DNA of 64,000 nucleotides from Azolla caroliniana (Eukaryota > Plantae > Polypodiophyta). The notes under the pieces were generated by a model. The model did not search any database. It was given only the letters and a program-made list of their open reading frames with translations, and was not told the origin of the DNA. The stretch lies in contig JBHGNT010000015.1 of the NCBI GenBank assembly GCA_043228905.1, forward strand, positions 5,084,001 to 5,148,000, in the 5' to 3' direction. Made by a program: the position numbers and the translations under genes. Position 1 is the stretch's first letter; each line of letters opens with the position of its first letter. Shown piece by piece: positions 35,085-47,400 of this stretch.

Positions 35085-38000
35085 CCATCTAACCTCTAAG
35101 GTGTGAGTGCATGGGTGAACTACCATTGTGAGCTACTCTCATAAGTAATAGAAAGTTTGTTTTCATATATCCATCTCCATGATTGTAACTCTATGTCTCT
35201 ATCTAATCGATTCTCAATATTTCTAACAGATAATATATCATTACATTATGGATTGCAGGTCAGCGTGCAATATCAGTTTGTTGGTATGCTACAATGTCTC
35301 AAGTTGCCTTAGTTGACATTGAAAGCTCATGAGAGTGTCCTGTCTCCTTCACCAGTTCCATGAATCCATTGTAGGCCACTGTGTTGCTTTTTATCATAGT
35401 TGCACTAATTTAAGCTCCAAATCCATATTGTGTCTAATTCTCATCATATCTTAGATCAATTCAGGTAATAATTTGTCCACAATCTTGGTAATTTTCTAGT
35501 CACCATATCAACATCTTTCAAGGTAAAAGGTATTTCTTGACTATATATTCAATTAGGATGTAGTGGAAATATATACAATGTTTGACATCTTCCATTGTGA
35601 ATCACACTCAACAATGACACTCTTTCCACATGAAGGCTCCATGGTAATTTGCTTCACTCATCATTATCCCTCTAGATTTCTCCTTCTAGTAGTATTACAA
35701 CCCATGATAAGGATATGGACATGGCAGAAGAAAAACTTGGATTTGAATCTTCATGAAGAAGATTATATCGGGGGGATAGTGATCATACTATTGAAGCACC
35801 ATTTGGGATAGTTGACTCTAGGTTTGCATCGTGATCTCTGCCCATTGTCGTAAGTCTTCCCACCCTTGCTCTACTTCTGGCTCATTTTGGATTTAGCATA
35901 TAAAGGCACCAACTCTCGATTTGTTAACACCTTCTCCTAGGTGGGAACTCCTATCTTCATTTTGCCCTTGCGAAAAGTGATGAAATTCTTCTGTCAATTC
36001 TGTTTGATATTAGTTGTTTGAAGCCATGGTCGACCCAATCGTAGAGGGTATGCCCTAGGTACATCCAACTGTAGAACAATTGATGATATTTGAAATGAAT
36101 GACCTCCGGTTACAATGTCCAATTGACGAATTAGCCCTAATGGTCAGGCAACACTTGTATCTGCCATTCGTAACCAGAATGGACATGCTTCCCATTTTGT
36201 GATGCCTAGTCAATTGCATAATGACATCCACTCCCAAGCCTCCATCAACTATGCAGTTTGAAACCTCGCGGCCCCGTATGATTACTTTGATTGTTGTGCT
36301 TTGCTCATCCATAATTGTCGGCCCTTTAACTGGATTTATGAAATTATCCTCCACCTATTCTGACTTCTTGTTGGTGAGTATTGTTGTGATTGTTTGTGTA
36401 AATCTGGGTACTAATTTTAGTAACCCAACCAATGGTAAAGTGATTAGACAATTTGCAAGCACTTGCCATGTGGGATCATTCTCTGGTGTCAAGTTTGTTA
36501 CTTTGTGCTTCATTTATGCAGTGATTTCTTCATCGACCATTTCACTATAATCCTAAAGCATTCTATTCTTTTGTTAGCTGTCTCGACCCATTCCTTGGTG
36601 GCTTTCCGAATTGCTTCTTGAGTGTCCCATTCTAATTGTTTTGCCTTGCTCTTGGGAGTAACTTATTGCACTTCTACTGTAACCATATTCACAGTTGGAG
36701 CTTTGCCCTTACCCTTTGTTGGGCATGGATTCGCATAATGGCCGTCCTCTTGACAAATGTAACAGATAGGTTTAGATGACCCACTTGACTCACCCTTCTC
36801 TATTTGCGGTTGGGGCAGTCGAAAATCCTGTCGCTCTGATTCATCCCTATGGTGATTATTATGCTGAAATTGTCGACTATGTTTAGGACATCTGTGCTCG
36901 TCCCCCTTTTCTTGATTATTCGACCGATGATTAATTGGTCGGCTGTTGTCATAGTAATGTCGTTGATTGGGATGACCTTTTTCGTAATGTCTTTGATAAT
37001 GCCGATCGTAACGCGGTGAATAGTCACGGTCATAACGATCTCTCTTGTAATTATCTTGGTGCGCCATTCTTCAATAATCATTGTTATAATCATCACGTCG
37101 ATAATTACCTTGGTGTTGTCTATCTTGCTTAGATCGGTAACAATCGTCTTATCTAGTTCTATCGATCTCCCTAAATCGATTTGACTAAGGGGTTTTATCA
37201 TCCCCCCGTCTTTGTTCCTCTTGTGGCTATCTGCCGAATTGTAGCCATCAACTTGTTGAGTAGATTGTACTCACACTAATCAGTAGTGTGAGCTTTAGAG
37301 TGACAAATTGGGCAATGTGTTCTTAGTGTGCACTCGATTGTAGAATGGCCTAGATTGAGACAAGTCATACATTGAATGGCCTACAAAACTGTAATTCTTC
37401 ATGAGTTGGCAATGACTTGTGCAATGAAGCCATGAATATTGTGTTTTTAGTCTATGCTTTATCCATCACAAGTGCCTTGTCGATTACTTCTTTGAGAGGT
37501 ACGGAGTTGTACAGTCAGAGTCGTATGGAGTGGCTCCCTAAGGTCCGTCAGAAAGGTTTCTTTTGAATCCTCTTCATGAGGTGCACATGCAAGCTGCCTC
37601 CTAAGATTATGAAATCTAATCATGAATTGGGGAACCGGCTCACATAGAATTGGCTAATAAGTTCCCGTTGTGTGACCTGAGGATGAAAGAGGTGAACAAA
37701 CGTTTCATGAAATTGTTGAAATGATTCAAATTCTCCTTGTTTATGTTGGGAGAACCAATTCACAGATAGTCTCTCCAACGACAATCTGAACTCGGCTATC
37801 TTTAATGCATCCGCATCAGCCGATGATAACCTATAAAAGACATGGTTATCCTGCCATGTTGTCAAAAAAGGAACACACATGTGCCTCTGCGTCTGCTTCA
37901 TCATTGTACTTGGAATAAGGGTACACCATTGTATCGCCTAAATCTTCTATGAAATCGATTGGTCGTAGGCGCAAGTCGGATGACTCTTCGTCCGAGGTAC

Positions 38001-39109
38001 TGTTAGTCGTCGTCTACAAATCCGGAATGGCATCCAATTCCTCCTCAGCCTCCTGCCGAGACCGGTTGAAAATGTCTGAATTAATTAGGTTGTTTTGATG
38101 CACACGTCGGGTGTTAGATCTCATGTGTGGTCGATGATTTTTTACTGATTGATCTTTGCTCTATTGATCATACGACAACCATTCTCCATTTGTCCTTTTG
38201 TCTCTTACAGATCTAACCAGGTGTGCCAAATATTGTGTTGTCCTAGTCGATAGAGACAAGGGTACAACAACTTCCTTATTGAGTTGTTCTTCTAGAGAAA
38301 TAGAGACAGGGAAAAAGAGAAAGAAAGAAGGATGAATTCTGATTTTTAGATTTCCTGTTTCTCTTCTCTCCTCAATTAGAGAGAAGTGTGTGATGTTTTC
38401 ATATAGGATACATGTGACTCTTCGTATCAAGAGTCATAACTGTTTATTTTAATTAGTTTACAATTTTATTCTTTTCCTTATATTTTTGAACACTCCTCCC
38501 TAAGGAAAATAATCAAAATTCTAAGCTTTTATCTTTGGTTTTTGTATGATTGAGTAGTCCGATGTTTTTGCAACATTGTAGATGTTTATGACTTGCTACT
38601 GGCTTTGTTAAGGAATCTGCCCACATCAAAGTTGATGGCATAAACTTTATGTTGATCTTCTTTTCTTCAATCATGTCTCTTAAGAAGTGGTGCTTGACAG
38701 ATATGTGACGTATGTTGTCGCTAATTCTTGGGTTGCTTGCCAACTTTAAGCATGACTGATTGTCGTAGTAGATTTCTATTGGTTCTTCTTTAGCAAAATT
38801 TATTTCTTCTAATATGGCTTTTAGCCAAATTCCTTCTTTTGCAACTAGGGTAGCAACAACATATTCCGCTTCTATGGAAGAGAGTGAAACCGTAGCTTGT
38901 TTTTTCGATCTCCACGCAATCGCTCCTCAGGCAAAGGTGTAGACGTAGCCACTTGTGGATTTTCGGTCATCCACATCTCTTACCCAGTCGGCGTCAGTCC
39001 ATCCATGAAGAGTATTTGAGGGGTTTGCCCATCCACAATATTTTGGTTGGATCAACTCTGAATGCATGGATTGAAAAGTAAGACACAAGTGTTTAGTATG
39101 TTTAAGATA

Positions 39110-40363
39110 TCAAAGAATTCTCTTAACTGCTTGCCAATGTTTGGGGCCAGGGTTCGTCATAAAGCGTGATAGTAATCCTGTACTAAAGCATAAATATGGT
39201 CTCGTGTTACTAACTAGATATTGTATGGAGCCTATTACTTGTCTATAGGGAATGTTTTCCATTTCAGTTTCTTCTATGAGTGATTTTGGGCTATCTTCAA
39301 TGGACAACTTAAGTGTGGTAGGAAGTGGGGTAGATATGGGTTTGCAATGTTCCATGTTAAAACGTTTTACAATATTATCAATGTATCGAGATTGTGAGAG
39401 TGATATTTGTCCTAGATTTGTATTTCTTTTTACTTCTATTCCTAGAAAATAGGTCATGGGTCCAAGATCGGTGACAGGAAAAACTGATTTCAACTCTTGT
39501 TTACAAAATCTTAAATAAGATAGAGAATTTGATAATAAGGGAAAATCATCCACATATACTCCTAATATGATGAAGTTGGATGCCGATTTTCTAAGATAGA
39601 TGTTAGGTTCACTTTTAAGTCTACTATAGCCACATTTTATTAAGAAAGTGTGGAGACGATAGTACCAGGCTCGAGGTGATTGTCGTAGGCCTTGGATGGA
39701 CTTCCAAAGTTTGCAGACGTGTGTGGGAAATTGTGTATTTTGAAAATAGGGGGGTTGCGCCATATAGACTTCTTCTTCGAGGTCACCATGTAGAAACGTG
39801 GTTTGAACGTCCAAGTGATGAAGCTCAAGCTTTTGAGCCGCAACGATGGCCATAAGTAGTTGAAAGGATGTTATTCGTAGTGTGGGACTAAAAGTATCTA
39901 TGAAGTCTATTCCGGGTACTTGTGTGAAACCTCGAGCAACTAGTCTTGCTTTGAAATGAATAGGTTGTCCTTGGGGGTCATACTTTATTTGGAGTACCCA
40001 CTTGCAAGTGATGATCTTACGATCAGTGGGTTTTTCCACTAACTCCCATGTTTTATTTTTGGTGAGGGAATGCATTTCATCTTTCATTGCGTTTATCCAA
40101 TGATCTGCATTTTGGCTTTGAAGTGCTTCTTTGACGTTGGTAGGTTCTTCGAAATTGATATGTGGACTGTCTACGTCGAGGTTGGATGTATGCCCCGTGT
40201 CAAGATCGCTAAAATGAAACTCTAGTTTGTCTAATTCTTGGTAGATGCCCGATAGTTTTCTAAGGCGTCTAGGAGGTGTAGTGTCGATGTTAGAGATGAG
40301 CATGTGTTTAGTTTGTGGGCTGTTTGGAGAGTTGAAATTGTTCAAAGTCTTTGGGTGTGACAA
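39110..40363 (-). pseudogene. Copia reverse transcriptase fragment
   Basis: EEPTNVKEAL, KARLVARGFTQVPGIDF, LDVQTTFLHG, GVYVDD, DLG. Confidence 0.9.
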
Positions 40364-41439
40364 AACATATGGATGCCCAATGTTTGAGTGGTCAGTTCTG
40401 TTATGGGAACTGAGTTAAGGATGAGGGCTAGGTGACATGGTCTTCAGTTGTCAGTTGTGTAAGTCAGCAATGGACAGTTCAGGACAGTCGCGATGGTCTG
40501 TTTGTGTTGGTCGCATGAGGTTGTGATTGTGTTTTCCATCCTCATCAGAAGACATGGTTCTGTAGGTAATAGAGGACGAACCCTGATCGGTGACATGCAA
40601 GGGCGACAATGGGCGGGGATGGAGCGAGTGAGCAAAAGATTGAGTTAGTTGAATATGGTCATCTTGCTCGGCCCGTTGTAATGGAGCGTTGCGGACAAGT
40701 CGCTTTGCCAAGGTAAGTTTATGATATTTGTACATAGGGTTGTTGTCTTCACACAAGGGGGAAGGCTATGCATCGTGTGATGAGTTTATTTGGGTGTCCA
40801 AATATGTGGAGTCATATTCATCGTCAGAAGAGTGATAGTGTGAGGGTGATGTCAGGCAGAGGGAAACTTAGGATGGTGTAGCGGCTATTTTGGAGGAGCC
40901 GTCGTGTGGATCATGTAGAGAGTGTTCGTCAAGTTGTAGTGGCCAGGAAGTGATATTACCTTGATGGTGTTTGTCTACTTCTATGTTTGTTAAGGAATTG
41001 TCGGGACTCTTATGTTTTTGAAGAATGTTATCTTCATCAAATAGGACGCTTCTACTGAAAAAGAATGTGTTTGTGTCAGGATTATATAAGCGATAGGCTT
41101 TATAACTGTGGGCATCGCCATAGCCGATGAAGATTGCTTTCTTGGCTTTTGTGTCAAGTTTCTTTCTTTTGGTGTCTGGTATGTGAGCAAATGCAGGACA
41201 CCCGAATATTTTAAGATTTTGGAGGTGTGGTTTATATCCATACCAGAGTTCGAATGGAGTGAGGAAGCCTAGGGAGTGATGGTAGATTCGATTTTGGATA
41301 TAGCAAGCTGTCGCAATAGCTTCTTCCCAAAATTTCGAATCTAGTTTTGCAGCATTTAACAAGCTTCTATTTTTTTCTTTCTATAGTGCCATTTTGTTGA
41401 GGTGTGTGTGGAACAGACCTTCGATGGTGGATTCCTTGT

Positions 41440-44400
41440 TGTGAAAGTGTTTTTAGAATCTAAGCCATTGAACATTAGGAGAATATAAAGTATAGATAAT
41501 TCACCTTTTGAGGATAAGAACACGAACTAAGACCTTAGGGAAGAAGTCAAAAGTAAAAGTACGAGACCAAGAGAAAAGTAAAAAGAGAAAACGCAGACTA
41601 TAAAAAACAGTAAAAATAGAATGGTCATAACTCCCTCGTTGTTTATCCAAATATCATGTTTAAATATGGATTAGAAAGCTTGTAAAAAGAGCTTTCTATA
41701 GCTTTTTAAATCGCTTAATTTGGATATCGGATGAGGGAGATATGACGATTAGAAGGTTGATGTGTCATAGCTAAAAATAGGGAGATAAAAAGCTTCTAAA
41801 AATAGCATGAACGTGGATAAGAAGAGGAAGGTTATAAAGAAGAAGTAATATGAGTGAGAAGGGGCGAAGAGTGAAGGCCAAAGAGTGGATGAGGAGTGTT
41901 AGGAAGAAGTGTCTTTGTGGAAGAGGAAGTGTCTTAGAAGAGGAAGGTCTTTGGTTTTAGTTCAATGTGGAGTTTGTCTCCTTTGTATTCTCTTGATGTT
42001 GGAATATCAGAATATTCTTATTTCTTGCTCGCTTTCTCTATCTTTTTTCTTAGTTTCTTGAGTTATACTCTCTAATCATAATTACCTAGAGCTATATAAT
42101 ATATTATGATTTTCAACTCCATCTAATCGGTTTGATCAAGCCCTCATATAGTGTATAACTATCTATTATCTTATACACTCTATCATTTTGGCGCTCCAGG
42201 GAGGGCGGATCCTTTCCGTATAGGAGGGAGAACTTATCATTTAATTGTGTTACTATATTACATTAACTTAGCTATGCAATTTGCATTTTCAGGTGAAAGA
42301 ACACAAGATGCGGGTGCCTTTTTGGCATCTTTTGAGCATCATGCTGTCTCTATTGGACGCATCACCGACAATGAGAAGTTACCTTTATTGGTAGCTACAT
42401 TCTATGGTCGAGCTCGAGATTGGTATGACTCTCTTCCTCCAAACCAACAGGGAGCATATCAATTGTTGGTGCACCAGTTTCGTGCCAAATATATTCAACG
42501 ACGAAGTGCAACCGAAGTAAGGGAAGAGCTATTTCGACTAAAGATGGAATCACCAATTGGTTTCACTGAGTATGAAAGAAATTTCAAGGATTTGTGGACT
42601 ACATGGATTCGTCTTCGTGGCGGCACTGAAGACGAGTGGTTTAAAATGGAACGATTCAAGATGGGTCTTGATATGTATTTCCGTTTGGAAGCAAACTTGA
42701 AGGATCCCACATCGTTTCAAGCTCTTATCCAAGTTTGTCAAGCTTATGATCGACAAGTGAAGATGATGAGCTCCTTGGGGGATCCCCAAATGACGGCTTT
42801 GGGTGCAAATTTGATGCCTCGTGCCAACTTTCAAGCCTCATCTTCAATTGTGCATGGGGGACAAGTGTTTCCAAATGTGTATACCACCACAACAATAAAC
42901 CCAACAAGTATATCCCAAGAAGTTGAACAAGTGAGGAGTGAACAAGATACCATGGCATTGGTAAATCGGCGCTTTGATGAAGTGATGACCCACTTGCGAC
43001 AATCCCAAGCAATTCACAACACTATTCCCGATGGTGGTGGCTCTAGAGGGCATCACGGTGTAATTTGTTATTCTTGTCAAGAGGAGGGACACATCTCAAC
43101 AAGATGTCCTCATGGACAACAAAGAGGCATGGGAAGAGGCATTTATCAAGTGCAAAGGAATGGACAACGACCTAACAACAATGAAGTCGAAGGAAACGTA
43201 ACACTCCCTATGGCTCAGGTTCCTACAATCCCTCATAATGTGAATCTTCTTAATTTTATTGATGATAGTGATAATTCTTTTGAAGTAGCTCCTGTGAAAA
43301 GGACAAGGTCCTCGCAAAAGGAGAAAGAAGTTGAAGGAGAATCTAGTGCCTCAAGACAAAAGAAGAAGTCTAAGGAGAATGAGAAAGAGGAAAAATTGAG
43401 AAGGAGACACTCTAGAAGAAAGATCAAGATGGAGGACATTCCTATGGGTGAAGGTGTAGAAGCTTTCAATTTGAAGCATGAGTTGATTTCAAGTGGACCA
43501 AGGATAACATGGCCGCAACTTCTCCAATTATCTCCCACATTACGAAAGGAGTGGGGGCGACTTGCAAGTATTCGCCAAAGTCGGAAGACTGTGCATTATG
43601 TGGGAATCGTGCGAGTAGAAGATCGAAAGGACATACGACCCACCATCCCCGTCTCCATCAAAGGGTTTCACATCAAAGATGCGTTGGTTGATAGTGGTGC
43701 TAGAGTAAGCTTGATTTCTGAATTTGTGGTAAACAAAGTGGGAATTCCTATAAGTAGGTCATCTTCGGCAAGAGTGGCTGTAGCCGATGGTGGAGTGGTC
43801 CATTGCATTGGCATAGTGGAGGATGTTGTCATCAAGTGTTTTGGGGTAAGCATTTCCATGGATTTTCATGTAATACCACTAAAAGGACCGTCATATTCTT
43901 TGGTACTAGGACGACCATGGATGCAAGAACTCAATGTTGTCCAAGATTGGAGCAAAGGTTTGATGACCATAACGCCATCAAAAGGAGTGAGCATACATTA
44001 TGATATGCGGCAACAAAGACTTATTGAGAAAGAAGAAGATGGAATAACTGAATATGATAGTGGGTCCGCATATGAAAGTGATGAAAGTGAAGATTCCTCG
44101 TCAGAATGGGAAATGACCACATCATATGCCGTTTTGAAGGAAGAAGATGATGAAGGAGGTTTAATTACTATGGAGCAAAAAGAGAAGATGATTTCTAAAG
44201 ATCTTAAAGGGCAAGAGAGGCAACAATTTATTAATTTGATTTCTGAATTTCCTAACCTTTTCATTAGTGATTATGCTCATATTAGGGGTGTAGATGTCAT
44301 CCAACATCACATAAATCTAAAGGAGGGTACAACTCCCGTTGCGCAAAAGTTGCGAAGGCTAGGTCACGTGCAAAAGGAGGCCTTATTAAAGGAAGTCAAA

Positions 44401-47400
44401 GCTTTGTTGCGTGCACAATTCATTTACCCAGTGGAAGATTCTGAATGGGTTTCGCCCATTGTGGTGGTACCTAAAAAGAATGGAAAATGGAGGGTTTGTG
44501 TTGATTACAAACCTCTAAATGCGGCTACCAAGAGGGATCACTTTCCTCTCCCTTTCCAAGATGAAATATTAGATGAAATTGCGGGTCATGAAATGTACTC
44601 TGTTTGTGATGGCTATTCAGGTTATTTTCAAATTCGTATTGCGGAAGAGGATCAAAAGAAGACGACATTCATCACTCCATGGGGATGCTTTGCATATCGA
44701 TGCATGCCCTTTGGACTCACAAATGCTGTTTTTACATTTAATCGTCTTGCTATTCATGTATTCCAACCATTCTTTGGAAAGTTTGTTAGAGTCTTTATGG
44801 ATGACTTTGCAATTTATAGTAGCAGGAAAGACCATTTGGAAAAGGTTCGCTCGGCATTCAAAAGATTGGAGGAATGCAAAATGCAACTCAACCCAGAGAA
44901 GTGTCACATAGGTGAAAAGGAGGTGGTGATGCTTGGTCATGTGGTGTCTCAAGAAGGAATCAAAGTTGATAGCTCAAAGATTGAAGCAATTCAAAAGATG
45001 ACAACACCCACGAGTATCAAAGATTTGGAGGTATTTGTTCAAAAAGTTCGTTACTTTGAACGATTCATTCATATGTTGGCCCAAATTCTCTATCCTTTTC
45101 GCATTATTCTTCGCACCAACAACTTCTTGTGGACATCTACAACTGAAGAGCAATATGTAAGAATAAAAGAACTATTATGTAATGCTCCTATTCTAAAGCC
45201 ACCTGATAGAACATCTACCTTCTTTCTTTCTCTTAGTGTTGGATCTCATGCTATAGGAGCCATTCTTATGCAACAAGATTCTGAAAATAGGCTTATGCAT
45301 CCTATATATTTTATTAGTAAAGCCATGTCTGATGTAGAGAAAGAATTCTTAGAAGTAGAAAAGTGGATGTTAGCTCTTATATATGCTTGTAAAAAGTTTA
45401 GAAGCTTTCTACTACCTCATCATTTTGTAATAATCACTAGCATGTCATTACTCCCATATGTACTCCAACATGTGAGCATTTCAGCACGAATTGCTAAATG
45501 GGCTCTACTATTGGCGGAGTTTGATTTTGAAGTCAAATTGGAGTCAACTATGCGTGCCGAATTGGCGGATCTTCTCACCTTTAGAGAAACCTTTCATGAA
45601 GAAGACTTGGTAAAGCTACGAAAGGCACTTCCCGAGCCGGATATGGAGGATGCATTCACCTTATTCTTTGATGGGGCATTTCGCAAAGCCACAAACATAG
45701 CCGTGGGTGGGATTATTCTCAAGGATCCTCAAGGAGACAGAGTAAAAAGTGAAGGTATTACATTAAGTGGTGTGAATTCAAATAATGAAGCGGAGTATGC
45801 TACCTTGTGTTATGGTCTTCGTCTATGTAAAGCTATGAAGATAAAAAGATTAATTCTTAAGGGTGATTCCTTATTGGTAATTAAACAAATTCAAGGCAAT
45901 TGGAAATGTCAAAGTGATGGGCTTAGAAATTTTTATAAAGAAGCAATGAGTCTACTAAGGTCTTTTGAAAAGATACAGGTTAAGCATGTGGGGAGATTAT
46001 ACAATAAAGAAGCGGACGCATTAGCTCAAGCCCAATTAGATAAGATCAAGGAAGGTTTCGTTGGTGTTTTGGAGACGTGCAAAGATGTAGACTCCCTAGA
46101 GGAAGTACATAATTTTCTTAATAAAGGAGAGTTTCCAAATAACCTCAATGCTTTGCAAAGAAAGCGTTTGGTGGCAAAGGCTTCACAATATCATTTGGTG
46201 GGTGAAGATTTGTACAACAAAGGGAAAGATGGAGTTTTACGAAGAGTTCCTAACAAAAGCGAGATTATAAAGATACTCTTTAAGTTGCATGAAGAAGTTT
46301 GTGGTGGGCATTTAGCCCATGATATAATGATAAGAAAGATTTTACTAATTGGTTTTACATGGCCTACTATCCATAGGGATGTGCATGATTGGTGTAGATC
46401 TTGTGATGCATGTCAAAAAGCGGGAATAAGACATCTACAAAGTGGACCTTTACAACCCATTGTGGTGTTTGCTCCATTCGAGAAATGGGGAATTGATGCA
46501 GTAGGACCTCTTCCGAAAACTCAACATGGTAAAGAGTTTATTTTGGTGGCCATTGACTACATGACAAAGTGGGTGGAAGCTATAGCAACTTCCTCGATTA
46601 AAGCCAAAGATGTAGCCCAATTTGTGTATAAGAATATTTGTACTAGATTTGGAGTTCCCATGGAGATTGTATCCGATCATGGACCCGGTTTTAGGAGTGA
46701 AATGTTAGCTTGTCTATTAAGCAAGTTGAAGATTAAGCATCGATATTCAACGCCTTATTATCCTCAAGCAAATGGTGCAGTTGAGAAAGTGAATGGGCTT
46801 ATAGTGAAGAATTTGACAAAGTTAGTGCAAGACAAAGTAAGAACATGGGATAGGTATTTGGATGATACTCTTTGGGCTTATAGAGTTTCTTATAAATCCT
46901 CCACAGGTTTTACTCCTTTTTATTTGGTTTATGGAAAAGAAGCGTTACTTCCGATCGAACTTGAGATCAAAAGTAATAGACTAATGGAGGCATCGCATCG
47001 CTCAAAAGGAAATGATGTGATGAGTCGTTTAGCGAGCAACCATCTACTACAATATTCAAGAGAAGAAGCTGTGGAGCATTACTTAAATCAAGCAATGAAG
47101 AGAAAGGAGGCATATGACAAAAAACACAAGGGCAACCACATTGAAGAAGGATCATTGGTTCTTAGGTATGATAATAGATATGATTATATTCAAGGACAAA
47201 AGCTTGATAATAAGTGGGAAGGACCCTTTGTGGTTCACAAAAAGTATGACAACGGAAGTTACCAATTGAAAGATGTGGATGGAGCACTTCATTCTTATCG
47301 AGTGAACGGATGGCGCCTTAAAAAGTATGTAACTCGGGGACCTACTTATATTCCCCAAGTTACTAATGATATTGTTGATACGGATGGATGGGAGCAAGAA

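Larger units (their letters stand above)
27400..38290 (-). mobile_element. Old, decayed non-chromovirus (Tat-like) Ty3/gypsy element, interrupted by the chromovirus at 28065-35084; its 5' LTR appears split by the copia and resumes after 57732
   Basis: Gag fragment 37620-37904, knuckle CYICQEDGHYANPC (36663-37067), protease CIVDGG (36055-36354), pol debris at 35090-35900 and 27500-28060. PBS-like TGGCACACCTGGT (minus strand, about 38216-38228, tRNA-Arg-like). Outer boundaries uncertain. Confidence 0.7.

Noticed and set aside
42151-42273. N-terminal extension of the 1760-aa ORF
   Set aside because: It starts at a GTG inside the LTR and crosses the PBS. The first ATG, at 42274, is the more plausible start.
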